The translations under genes were made by a program, and so were the position numbers. Below, one piece after another: positions 8,559-17,690 of a stretch of DNA of 64,000 nucleotides (position 1 is its first letter; every line of letters starts with the position of its first letter). The DNA is from Shigella phage Sf23, in sequence record MF158046; one strand, 5' to 3'. The notes under the pieces are model-generated. The model was not told where the DNA came from. It did no database searches and worked only from the letters and a program-made list of their open reading frames with translations.

Positions 8559-9407
8559 TTAATCAACTGCTATTGGATGAATAGCATTAAACTTATGAAA
8601 TGCTTCTGATTTTTCTTTACGTGAAACGCACATGCGAAGAACCTTTAATGGCTCGTCTTCTTCACCCAACGATTTTCGTTTTTCAATATTCGACGTTTTC
8701 CAACGAGCTTGCTCTGGAAACTCTCTATTGATTTGCTCAAGCGCTCTATTATGTTTAGAATTACTACGAATTGAACTACACCCACCAGGAGCTTGCGCTT
8801 TTCCAGATACAACCAGATATTTGAACAAGGCCAAATGCGGATAACCTTGATTAATTAAATTGAGAAATGCATACATATCTTCGCACAAATCAATTTTTCC
8901 ATACCCAATTTGTTCTGTCGTAAGTTTTCCAAGGTCATACCATGTATTCGTGAATCCATATGAATTTTCACGATAATTACCCCAAGATGAAGTAATTTTA
9001 AAAATTGGTAGGCGAGCATGACCGTGATAATACCCGCAATCCATGGCATCTTCGACGTATTGAATCAATTCATAGAACTGTTCATGAGTCAATTGATTGA
9101 CTTTATCCACGCAACGACGGTCATCTCTTTTTCGCATTGAACTCATACGAATAGTAGTATCATCGTCAATCATCCAGATTCGTTGGCCTGCATACATATC
9201 AGTAATTGCTTTACGAGTACCGGCAATTCCATTTACGTCATCAGGAATAGTTATAATTTTAGCTCTAGACCCATAGGCATCATAATAAGCTTTTTCTTCA
9301 TGTTCACGCACTACAATATGGGGTTCATAATCAGTCGGAAACATATCAAGGGCAGAAACTGCCCCGACACGCTGATAACTTGGAATTACGAATTGAATCA
9401 TTTCCAC
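8559..9407 (-). CDS. DNA glycosyltransferase at the beta-gt locus (not T4 Bgt-like; T2/T6-type beta-glucosyl-HMC-alpha-glucosyltransferase is a candidate)
   Basis: 282 aa (T4 Bgt is 351 aa); DxD-type motif MIDDDTT; located between uvsX and 42 where T4 has beta-gt. Confidence 0.55.
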   Translation of the reverse strand: MEMIQFVIPSYQRVGAVSALDMFPTDYEPHIVVREHEEKAYYDAYGSRAKIITIPDDVNGIAGTRKAITDMYAGQRIWMIDDDTTIRMSSMRKRDDRRCVDKVNQLTHEQFYELIQYVEDAMDCGYYHGHARLPIFKITSSWGNYRENSYGFTNTWYDLGKLTTEQIGYGKIDLCEDMYAFLNLINQGYPHLALFKYLVVSGKAQAPGGCSSIRSNSKHNRALEQINREFPEQARWKTSNIEKRKSLGEEDEPLKVLRMCVSRKEKSEAFHKFNAIHPIAVD

Positions 9408-10138
9408 TCACCTTTATAGTCTTTTTTCACAATATGAGTTTCTCCAGTATTCCACCAATGATCAACCAAGTAAAAATGACGAGAATATACATGAAGACTT
9501 CCGACATTCCATATAATAGAACCTGCTTTATACTGACGAGTTGAATCGCCTGCATTCAAATCAGATACTAATTTATCTAATACGTATTTTTGCCATGCAT
9601 AATCATTACGGAATCCGAAGACCACGTCATTTGAGCGCATGCTTACTACTGCATTGACTTTCTTATCACGAATCAGGTACTGTACTGTATTAGTACACAT
9701 GAAATCTGACATACCATCTTTATTGTAATCAAATTGCATGGATGGACGAGTATAAATCATGATACCACGTCGAGAATCAGGATTTTGACCAAGTTCAGCT
9801 AAACACATATCATACTGGGCATAGTTATCTTCTGACCAAATAGCCCAACCATAATTCGAGTTAATTTCGCCTTTAGAAGATGCTACCTGCTGCCAAATCT
9901 TTGGTGTTTCACCTGGAATATCTTTAACAAACAAACTCTTAGATTTATACCATTCAAGTTCGCGCTGAATGTATTCATCATTAAGAGCGCCAAAAATAAA
10001 CGGTTCATCTGCTACAAATGATGCGCCAATAATTTCAATAGTTTTAACACCGGTTTTATCAACTACGAAATCTTTTTCTTTTAATGCAAGCCCCAAATGA
10101 AGACGGATTTCTTCAACTGTCATAGAGTCACTAATCAT
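9398..10138 (-). CDS. 42: dCMP hydroxymethylase gp42
   Basis: 246 aa as in T4 gp42; thymidylate-synthase-like fold motifs; synteny. Confidence 0.95.
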   Translation of the reverse strand: MISDSMTVEEIRLHLGLALKEKDFVVDKTGVKTIEIIGASFVADEPFIFGALNDEYIQRELEWYKSKSLFVKDIPGETPKIWQQVASSKGEINSNYGWAIWSEDNYAQYDMCLAELGQNPDSRRGIMIYTRPSMQFDYNKDGMSDFMCTNTVQYLIRDKKVNAVVSMRSNDVVFGFRNDYAWQKYVLDKLVSDLNAGDSTRQYKAGSIIWNVGSLHVYSRHFYLVDHWWNTGETHIVKKDYKGEWK

Positions 10139-10145
10139 TTAAACC

Positions 10146-10295
10146 TCAATTGATACATTCATATTTAACTTGTAACAGTAATAAGCTCCAACCTAAAATA
10201 ATAGTTGGAATCATAAGAGGAACCGTTACACTATAGTATATACTTATTATAATCATCAAGATTAAAAGCAACACTGTTATAATTTTGCTTTTCAT
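10146..10295 (-). CDS. small hydrophobic membrane protein (49 aa)
   Basis: Hand-translated ORF MKSKIITVLLLILMIIISIYY...; ATG overlaps imm stop (ATGA). Confidence 0.4.
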   Translation of the reverse strand: MKSKIITVLLLILMIIISIYYSVTVPLMIPTIILGWSLLLLQVKYECIN

Positions 10296-10543
10296 TCCTT
10301 CTCTCTGATGATAATTACCTGATTTGGTTGTGCAGACTTTTTAGTTTCACCCGCAATTGACCAAATAAATGTAATAAACCAACCAATAATTGACCAGTTA
10401 AACAGTAAAGATGTGAAAAAGATTCCTACTGTCGATTTTGACCCACGCATCAAGGCGATAAACCATGGAAGCATGTATATAATAATAGCCAACACACCTG
10501 AAACTAAAACCATAAAAATTGAACCTGCTACTAAAGTTTCCAT
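10292..10543 (-). CDS. imm: Imm, immunity to superinfection membrane protein
   Basis: 83 aa, two TM helices, position between 42 and 43 as T4 imm. Confidence 0.8.
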   Translation of the reverse strand: METLVAGSIFMVLVSGVLAIIIYMLPWFIALMRGSKSTVGIFFTSLLFNWSIIGWFITFIWSIAGETKKSAQPNQVIIIREKE

Positions 10544-10550
10544 GTTTTCC

Positions 10551-10931
10551 TCACTTAGTCAAATTTTTTACACATGAATTATAAGAATTCACTACATACT
10601 CCATCGGAGCATTTTTACCAGTACGCCATTGGTAATTATTAGCCCAATTAGCCCAAAGCTCGGCGCAGTAGTTTTCAATTTTTTCTTCGCGTGTAATTAC
10701 ATCCGAATTACGATATGCTTGAGCAGATTCATCTGGACGAATAGCTTCGTCAAAATTTGCCTGCATTTGTTCTACTGTTTGCTTTGGAGCTTCTTTATAA
10801 CACTTGACATTAGGATTATAAAACTTGCTTGAACAGTTTACAATTTTTCCTACATCAGACTGATTTACTACCGGTCCTTGAGCCACACAACCAGTAAGAC
10901 CTAATGCAATAACCAAAATAGCGATTTTCAT
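10551..10931 (-). CDS. predicted lipoprotein (126 aa)
   Basis: Signal peptide with lipobox LTGC; Cys-rich periplasmic domain. Confidence 0.55.
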   Translation of the reverse strand: MKIAILVIALGLTGCVAQGPVVNQSDVGKIVNCSSKFYNPNVKCYKEAPKQTVEQMQANFDEAIRPDESAQAYRNSDVITREEKIENYCAELWANWANNYQWRTGKNAPMEYVVNSYNSCVKNLTK

Positions 10932-10941
10932 AATAATTTCC

Positions 10942-11178
10942 TCAAATGCAAGTAGTAATTACTCCAGTAGTGCTTATGCAGGTATTACCCATTTGCACAC
11001 CTAAAGATCCATTTGTATTCACATGAAGATTATCATCAATTTTAACTGATATTTTACCATTAGTGTGAATAACGGTGCTAGATTCAATCACAGGTTGAGT
11101 ATCATTTTCAACACTAACAAATGGAACTGCTACTAATGCAACTAAACAAACTGCTAAACATCCCATAACAATTTTCAT
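10942..11178 (-). CDS. small secreted/membrane protein (78 aa from first ATG)
   Basis: Signal-peptide-like N-terminus MKIVMGCLAVCLVALVAVPFVS; early promoter upstream; track ORF start 11190 is a TTG. Confidence 0.5.
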   Translation of the reverse strand: MKIVMGCLAVCLVALVAVPFVSVENDTQPVIESSTVIHTNGKISVKIDDNLHVNTNGSLGVQMGNTCISTTGVITTCI

Positions 11179-11204
11179 TTTATTCTCCAAATCTGTATCA
11201 GTAG

Positions 11205-11250
11205 TTGATAGTTGTATAGTACCACAGAAGAACAGTCTTGTAAACAGTTT
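11205..11250 (-). promoter_or_regulatory. early-type promoter, conserved extended family
   Basis: GTTTAC...tggTACTATacaactatcaac; same ~50-bp consensus recurs at 36535, 37975, 53650 with flanking TTTTGTGAAAATTTT. Confidence 0.6.
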
Positions 11251-11327
11251 TGTGAAAATTTTTTAGGGAATTCTAAAGGTCCAGAATCATCTGTTTTTCA
11301 TAAGTATAGATTTATATTACTTGTATG

Positions 11328-11348
11328 AAAAAGGGACCCGGAGGTCCC
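11328..11348 (-). terminator. rho-independent terminator after gene 43
   Basis: GGGACCTCCGGGTCCC hairpin followed by TTTTT on the minus strand. Confidence 0.7.
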
Positions 11349-11361
11349 TAGATTTATTCTA

Positions 11362-14058
11362 TCAGCCAAACAGGAAGTCTAACGAAGCTTTTTCTTCATA
11401 GTCCATACCAGCCGATTCACACATGCCTGCAAGCGGTTTAACAAACGATTTTTGGAACAAAGTTGAGTAGTCAATCCAAGACAGTACGTCAGAACGAATT
11501 TCTTTTGGAAGTTCTGTACCCGACGGCCAAGCAATGCACTTATCACCAAATGGATTTCCTTCACGCAATGGAAGAACCATTACCTTATTTCCATCCAAAA
11601 TTGGAGCTACACCTAAACCGCTAACAGCTCGACGATAAGTTAACACACCACGAATATGGAACGGACATTTAAATCCTGGCCAACCTTTATCATCATATTT
11701 CGCTATATCGTTCGCAGTTTTTACTTCAGCAATAACTTTATAGTCGAGTTGACGATATTCTTTCTCGAAGTTCTTGTAATATTCTTGGACAGACTCTTCA
11801 CCTTCCTGAAGAATACGACGAATACTTTCTTCGAGAGCTTCTTGGACCGCTTTAGGCGTTGAACTCTGCTGAGTTTCCATACCCATGATTTTTAGATGCG
11901 GTTCAGCAAATCGCTTATCTTCCATATCATAAACGTTCAGAGCATAACGCTTTTTCGCTTTCCAAAATCCACCAACGCCCTTTGAACCAAGTGGAGGGCA
12001 AGAAATAGCTTCACGGTCCATATGCATCAGATGCTCGCGGTTATTCATATAATCACATAACTCACGATATGCAACATCAATCATAGGTTCCATCTTTTTC
12101 TTACCGAACTGATTCATGAATTCAACTAAATCGTTCTGCTCTTTGAATCGGTCAAGACCAACTTTTTCAATAACTTTATCTACACAAACATATACCGAAT
12201 CAGTATCACCTGCTGCGATGAAATCTTCGCCATTAGTTCCACATACTTTATTCAGATACTCATTAATTTTACGAGCAATCCACTGAATACCGACTTGACC
12301 AAAAATTGTAATAGCAGTAGCATTTCGCAAATCATAGTAGCGGAAATGAATATTACCAAGAGCACCGTAAAGGCTGTTAATAAGAATTTTACGGTTCAGC
12401 TGATTTGTATTAGCAAGTGTAGCCGCTTTTTCACATTCTTCAATCAAACTATTGAGAACAGATTCAGTATAATTCGATAGTTCATTTAAGAAATCATCAC
12501 TGAACTTAACATATCGTTCAACTTCAGGTTTAGTTGAACAAGACCCTGCGCCTTTCATAATAATCTTTTTAATAGCTTCGGCATTCATTTCTTCAGCGAA
12601 CATTTTCTTTTTCCAATCTTTACGCTGGAAAAATACTTTAGCGATTTCCTTTGGAATGATACCTTCTTGATGCTTATCATACATCCATCCATTCGGAGAA
12701 CAAGAATATTCATCACTCGGTTTAGGAGCTGTTCCTGCGATATATTCATGAATTGGATGAACTTTAAACTGACCACGAATAGTCTCAGGACTAATGTTAA
12801 CCTGACGAATAATGCTAGGATACAGAGACGTCAAGTCAAAACTCATAATATATCGACGAGCAATTGGTTTAGGTTCAAACACAAATGCACCCGGAAAACT
12901 TTGTTTAACGTGCGAACCTTGTTGAGGAATAACCTTATGTTCACCTTTCAATGAGTTAAAAATAATAGCATCCCAAGTTTTAATAGGACTCATTACACCA
13001 GAAAAAGGCATTTTAGCATAATAAGACATACTTAAAACTAGATCGATAAACCCGCGAATTTTATCAATTGCTTGAACTGATTCTACGTCAATGATGTTAT
13101 AACTAATGTATCGTTGATGATTAGTCTCACGAAGTTTATTAATAGGACCATCGTACGGTAATTTACCTTTTTTGGTTTCATGCTGAGCAACTGATTCCAA
13201 AGAGAATGACGGCAAATTAGTAAATGCGAATTTCTTATACAAATCTAAATAATCAAGAATAGATACGCCATCAATAGAATAAATTTCTTTGCTACCGTAC
13301 ATATTTTGAATTAGTTTAGATTTTACTCGACCGATTGGAGAGAAACGTTTCATACTGCGTTCACCGAGAACCATTTTAACGCGATTCATGATATACGGAA
13401 CGTCAAATCCCTCAATATTCCAACCAGTAAAAATAGCAGGTCGTTTCTGTTCCCAAAGATTGATATATTCCATGAGCATATCGCGCTCATTATCAAATGG
13501 CATATAAATTACTCGGTCAAGAATTTCTTGAGGAACTTCATCACCACCTTCACAGTCAAGCTTAGCAGCTAACTTTGCATCCCATTTTGATACTGAACCG
13601 TACATTGAATTCAACAAATCAAAGACGTAAAAACGATCGTCAATTGAATCATAATGAGTGATAGCATCAATTTCATATTCAGCTTTCATTGGGTCAGGAA
13701 ATTTATCACCAGTAACCTCAATGTCACAGTTAGCTACACGAACAAATTTTCGGTCATAAACAATTTCTGAACCGTATGTATCACTGATATAAGCGAGTTT
13801 AAAATCGTTCATACCGAGAGCTTCGAGACCGATGTCTTCCATTCGTTTCATCCAATCTCGAGCATCTTTCATTGATGGAAATTTTTGAGGAGCGCAGTTT
13901 TTACCATAAATGTCTTTGTACTTTGACTCTTCCTTACAATGCCTAAACATAGTTGGAAGATATTCTACTTCACGAGTACGTTCCTTTCCGTTTTCATCAA
14001 TATAACGTTCAACAATGTTATTTCCGACTGTTTCAATAGAGATATAAAATTCTTTCAT
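11362..14058 (-). CDS. 43: DNA polymerase gp43 (family B)
   Basis: 898 aa, identical in length to T4 gp43; exonuclease and polymerase motifs (DIE, SLYPS, DTDS); matches recalled T4 sequence. Confidence 0.97.
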   Translation of the reverse strand: MKEFYISIETVGNNIVERYIDENGKERTREVEYLPTMFRHCKEESKYKDIYGKNCAPQKFPSMKDARDWMKRMEDIGLEALGMNDFKLAYISDTYGSEIVYDRKFVRVANCDIEVTGDKFPDPMKAEYEIDAITHYDSIDDRFYVFDLLNSMYGSVSKWDAKLAAKLDCEGGDEVPQEILDRVIYMPFDNERDMLMEYINLWEQKRPAIFTGWNIEGFDVPYIMNRVKMVLGERSMKRFSPIGRVKSKLIQNMYGSKEIYSIDGVSILDYLDLYKKFAFTNLPSFSLESVAQHETKKGKLPYDGPINKLRETNHQRYISYNIIDVESVQAIDKIRGFIDLVLSMSYYAKMPFSGVMSPIKTWDAIIFNSLKGEHKVIPQQGSHVKQSFPGAFVFEPKPIARRYIMSFDLTSLYPSIIRQVNISPETIRGQFKVHPIHEYIAGTAPKPSDEYSCSPNGWMYDKHQEGIIPKEIAKVFFQRKDWKKKMFAEEMNAEAIKKIIMKGAGSCSTKPEVERYVKFSDDFLNELSNYTESVLNSLIEECEKAATLANTNQLNRKILINSLYGALGNIHFRYYDLRNATAITIFGQVGIQWIARKINEYLNKVCGTNGEDFIAAGDTDSVYVCVDKVIEKVGLDRFKEQNDLVEFMNQFGKKKMEPMIDVAYRELCDYMNNREHLMHMDREAISCPPLGSKGVGGFWKAKKRYALNVYDMEDKRFAEPHLKIMGMETQQSSTPKAVQEALEESIRRILQEGEESVQEYYKNFEKEYRQLDYKVIAEVKTANDIAKYDDKGWPGFKCPFHIRGVLTYRRAVSGLGVAPILDGNKVMVLPLREGNPFGDKCIAWPSGTELPKEIRSDVLSWIDYSTLFQKSFVKPLAGMCESAGMDYEEKASLDFLFG

Positions 14059-14110
14059 AGATATTCCTTAGTTTATAGCCCGAGTTATTAGGCTCTTGAT
14101 ATATTATACT

Positions 14111-14132
14111 CCAAATAAGGGGCCGAAGCCCC
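14111..14132 (-). terminator. hairpin terminator (UUCG tetraloop) upstream of gene 43
   Basis: GGGGCTTCGGCCCC then TTATTT on the minus strand. Confidence 0.55.
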
Positions 14133-14136
14133 TTGC

Positions 14137-14358
14137 TTAAATTAGTACTATTTGCCGGGTGAAAATTGTCAATCCATCTGCATTAATTGACTTAACGACT
14201 GCGGTAAAGTGTTTTTGTTCTGGATGAATTAATTTTTGAAATTCTACCTGAAATTTTAGTTGGAGGTTTTCTGGTAAATCAAAAAGTGTTTCTGTTGCAG
14301 AAAGATTATATTTTTCTTTAAGAGACGCCATGTATTCTTGTGGAGTTATAGCAGTCAT
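14137..14358 (-). CDS. hypothetical protein between regA and 43 (73 aa from internal ATG)
   Basis: ORF with ATG adjacent to regA stop; no motif. Confidence 0.4.
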   Translation of the reverse strand: MTAITPQEYMASLKEKYNLSATETLFDLPENLQLKFQVEFQKLIHPEQKHFTAVVKSINADGLTIFTRQIVLI

Positions 14359-14359
14359 A

Positions 14360-14728
14360 TTAATTACCAATCGTATATTTAGGAACGAGTTTCCATTCAT
14401 GTTTTTGTTTAAAAGAAATAACTCGGAAGTTATTAGTTAAATCTTTCATAAAAGTTCTTTGACCAGGAACGATTTCAATCAGTCCCCAATCTTCTAACAG
14501 CCATGCAATCGAATCACGACGAACTTCATCTTCTTCTGTCATTTCAACTTGACGGCCATCCATACGAAGCATTTCTTTAAAATGAACGATATAGTATAGT
14601 CCTTTTTTCTGAAGAATATGACAGGACTGATACAGAACTTTATCTTTATTATTAGCAATTCCCATACGAGTCAAAGTTTCTTTTACTTTCAGAAAATCTT
14701 CAGGTTTTTTAAGAGTAATTTCAATCAT
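14360..14728 (-). CDS. regA: RegA translational repressor of early genes
   Basis: 122 aa as in T4; matches recalled RegA sequence; synteny with 62. Confidence 0.9.
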   Translation of the reverse strand: MIEITLKKPEDFLKVKETLTRMGIANNKDKVLYQSCHILQKKGLYYIVHFKEMLRMDGRQVEMTEEDEVRRDSIAWLLEDWGLIEIVPGQRTFMKDLTNNFRVISFKQKHEWKLVPKYTIGN

Positions 14729-14729
14729 T

Positions 14730-15293
14730 TTACCATTCCAATGCTAGTTTTTTGAGTTGTTTCTGTTCTTTTACGTTCTTAGTCACTTCTTTCAAAAAAT
14801 CATCCGTGACTAATCCTTTAAGTTCTTTTAATACTAAAGGTAGTTTTCCATTTTTAGTAAGAATTGATTTATAGTTAATTGCATCATTTGTATTAACTTG
14901 ATAACGCTTAGCAAGTAACTTAATAATCAATACTTCGGTGGAATCTTCAACTAGTTTTGCCCATTTACCATATCTTTTACCACGAGGAACTGCAGCCATT
15001 AGATAATTAAAATGGGCTTCATCACTTAAGCCTGATCCAATTAAATTCATAGCATATACAGCTGGCATGCACTCTGGAAATTGTGATAATGCATTTTCAA
15101 CCATGAATTTTGAATAATCTTTTTGAGCAATAGAGCATTTAGTTTTATTATTAATAGCTCCAATTATTTCAAAAAACTCATTTTCAGCTTTTTCTTTAAA
15201 AGAATCAGCAGCGGATTGGACAGCCGTCCAATCTTTTGAATACCAAGCAACTTGATGCTCGTTTAATTGAATATCATCTTCAAATAAGCTCAT
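14730..15293 (-). CDS. 62: clamp loader small subunit gp62
   Basis: 187 aa from internal ATG (T4 gp62 is 187 aa); positioned between regA and 44. Confidence 0.85.
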   Translation of the reverse strand: MSLFEDDIQLNEHQVAWYSKDWTAVQSAADSFKEKAENEFFEIIGAINNKTKCSIAQKDYSKFMVENALSQFPECMPAVYAMNLIGSGLSDEAHFNYLMAAVPRGKRYGKWAKLVEDSTEVLIIKLLAKRYQVNTNDAINYKSILTKNGKLPLVLKELKGLVTDDFLKEVTKNVKEQKQLKKLALEW

Positions 15294-15294
15294 A

Positions 15295-16254
15295 TCACTT
15301 CCACTGCATTTCACATGCTAACTGAATGAAAAGATAAGCTAAATGCAATTCAGTATTAGCTGCAATACCATGATACTGATTATTTTCGCCGACAATTTCG
15401 TACATACGAATAATACTCTGTGGAGTTACACGTGAATAGATTTCTTCGGCAAGTTTACCCACGAACCACGAATAATCGGCTGCATATTTTGGTGCTAAAG
15501 CTCTGAGTTGTTTAACATCTTTATTTTTGAGAGACTCAAGAACATCATCAATAGCACCACGATCGTTAGTAACCAGTGATAAAATACCAGCATCCAAAAC
15601 ACCTTTAGATGAATAACTATCGAGCTCGCCAATAGTTTTACGAAAATCAGGAAAATTCTTTTTAACCAAAGCTGCTACAACTTTCATATCAGCTATAGCA
15701 ATTCCTTCATGCTTACAGATTTCAGTCAATCGACGAATCATCTGCTTCATCATTTCAATTTTATCTTCATCGGTCGGTTGACCGAATGTAATAACTCGAC
15801 AGCGTGACTGAAGTGGTTTAATAATACCATCAATATTGTTAGCAGTAATAATAATACTACAGTTTGAACTATAAGCTTCCATAAAGGAACGAAGATGTCG
15901 CTGAGACTCTGCTAGCCCTGAACGGTCAAATTCATCAATAACGATTACTTTTTGACGACCATCAAATGAAGCGGCGCTGGCAAAATTAGTCAAAGGACCA
16001 CGAACGAAATCAATTTTACAATCTGACCCATTCACAAACATCATATCAGCATTTACATCATGACACAATGCTTTTGCTACAGTTGTTTTACCTGTTCCTG
16101 GAGAAGGAGAATGAAGAATAATATGTGGAATCTTACCTTTACTTGTAATAGATTTAAAGGTTTCTTTATCAAAGGCGGGAAGAATACACTCATCGATAGT
16201 AGATGGACGATATTTCTGTTCAAGAATGTGTTCTTTTTCATTTACGGTAATCAT
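15295..16254 (-). CDS. 44: clamp loader ATPase subunit gp44 (AAA+)
   Basis: 319 aa from first ATG; Walker [11 protein letters not shown], Walker B VIVIDEFD. Confidence 0.92.
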
Positions 16255-16280
16255 AATTTCCTCATTCAAGTTTTAGTGTA

Positions 16281-16302
16281 AATTATAAAGGGCCGAAGCC
16301 CT
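16281..16302 (-). terminator. hairpin terminator after gene 45
   Basis: AGGGCTTCGGCCCT then TTTATAATTT on the minus strand. Confidence 0.55.
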
Positions 16303-16305
16303 CTA

Positions 16306-16992
16306 TTAAAAATCGTGGGTAGAATCAGCTTCAAGAGCTACTACATAATTCGCGTGTTCACCTTCAAATTTAGCAGCACCTTGTTTACCTTTTGCCCAGA
16401 GCAGAAGTTTATAATTTCCTGGTTGCATTTTCATATTTGCCATATTGATAATAAAATTAAATGTATTTTCACCATCATAATCACCAAGAGTCAAAGAATA
16501 TTTAACACGGGTCAGAGCAGAATCTTCTACTTTATTAAAACCGTTAATTACGATTTTACCTTCTTTTACCGTGATAGCAATTGTATCAATTTGCAGACCA
16601 CGAGATACACGCAACAGTTGTTGAAGGTCTTCAGCTTTAATTTCAGTAACAACAGATGCTACCGGGAATGGAATTGGTTTATTAGGAGCAACTACTGTAC
16701 TCGGATCGGCTGCTGGCCAAAAAATTGTTGAACGAGCATCAGCAATTTTAATATTACCATCTTCTGACTGGGAAATTTCTGCATCATCATTAACTAGAGA
16801 CAGAATACCGAGAAAACCGTTCAAATCGTAAATTGCTACATCAAAATCAATAACGTCAGAAATATTCGCTTCTGCATAAGTTGTACCATTAACCGCACGA
16901 GTCATAATAAATTGACCGGATTTAAGCATAATACCAGAGTTAATAGTAGCGAAATTTTTCAGCAGAGCAGTAGTATCTTTAGACAGTTTCAT
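16306..16992 (-). CDS. 45: sliding clamp gp45
   Basis: 228 aa as in T4 gp45; synteny 45-44-62. Confidence 0.92.
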   Translation of the reverse strand: MKLSKDTTALLKNFATINSGIMLKSGQFIMTRAVNGTTYAEANISDVIDFDVAIYDLNGFLGILSLVNDDAEISQSEDGNIKIADARSTIFWPAADPSTVVAPNKPIPFPVASVVTEIKAEDLQQLLRVSRGLQIDTIAITVKEGKIVINGFNKVEDSALTRVKYSLTLGDYDGENTFNFIINMANMKMQPGNYKLLLWAKGKQGAAKFEGEHANYVVALEADSTHDF

Positions 16993-17047
16993 GTAATTTC
17001 CTTCAATTCAAATGAGATTTAATTTTATAACTAATTTAATAAAGCAA

Positions 17048-17437
17048 TTAACGATTAAAATCAGCCGCAATTGTTTCCGCAACAATTTGAGCAGCAACAA
17101 TTAGACGTTCATCTGCATTACCGCAATAATCATCTTCTAAACGTTCACCACATGAAGTCATAATAAATTTAGCACCGGCGTTTAGGGATTCTGTAGTATG
17201 TTTGCGCATTAGTTCAATCCATTTATTACTTACTTCACGATCGATAGCTTCATAATACGCATGACGAGCAGGTGCAGATTTAATTTTGTTCTGAATAACT
17301 TCCATTGCGTTATCAGAAAGAGACAAAACCCATGCGCGACGAATTTTATTTTGGTTTTGTGGATTTGAGTCAGAACGCACGTGTTTTGGCTGAATATCTT
17401 TTACATCAACAGTATAATTCACAGTAATTTTAGTCAT
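17048..17437 (-). CDS. rpbA: RNA polymerase binding protein RpbA
   Basis: 129 aa as in T4; located between 46 and 45. Confidence 0.75.
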   Translation of the reverse strand: MTKITVNYTVDVKDIQPKHVRSDSNPQNQNKIRRAWVLSLSDNAMEVIQNKIKSAPARHAYYEAIDREVSNKWIELMRKHTTESLNAGAKFIMTSCGERLEDDYCGNADERLIVAAQIVAETIAADFNR

Positions 17438-17446
17438 AATACACCT

Positions 17447-17635
17447 TTAGTCATAATAATCAGTAACAGTCCAAGCTTCATTTCTATTGGACATTATTTT
17501 TGTATATTCTGCTTTAAATGCATTCCTAAGCATAGATTCAGTAACTATATGCTCTTCATTAGAAAAATTATTTCTCAGAATATATCGTTTTATTTCAGGA
17601 ATAGTTAATAGATGCTGTCCAGTTGAATATTCCAT
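17447..17635 (-). CDS. hypothetical protein (45.2-position, 62 aa)
   Basis: Small ORF with MotA-box middle-promoter-like element upstream. Confidence 0.5.
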   Translation of the reverse strand: MEYSTGQHLLTIPEIKRYILRNNFSNEEHIVTESMLRNAFKAEYTKIMSNRNEAWTVTDYYD

Positions 17636-17651
17636 GTTTTTCCTCCATAGA

Positions 17652-17677
17652 GATTATACTCTAATAAATTAAAGCAT
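17652..17677 (-). promoter_or_regulatory. middle-promoter-like element (MotA box + -10)
   Basis: Minus strand reads TTATGCTTTA-12nt-TATAAT, fitting the MotA box consensus (a/t)(a/t)TGCTT(t/c)A at about -30. Confidence 0.5.
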
Positions 17678-17690
17678 AATCTCTTATAAA

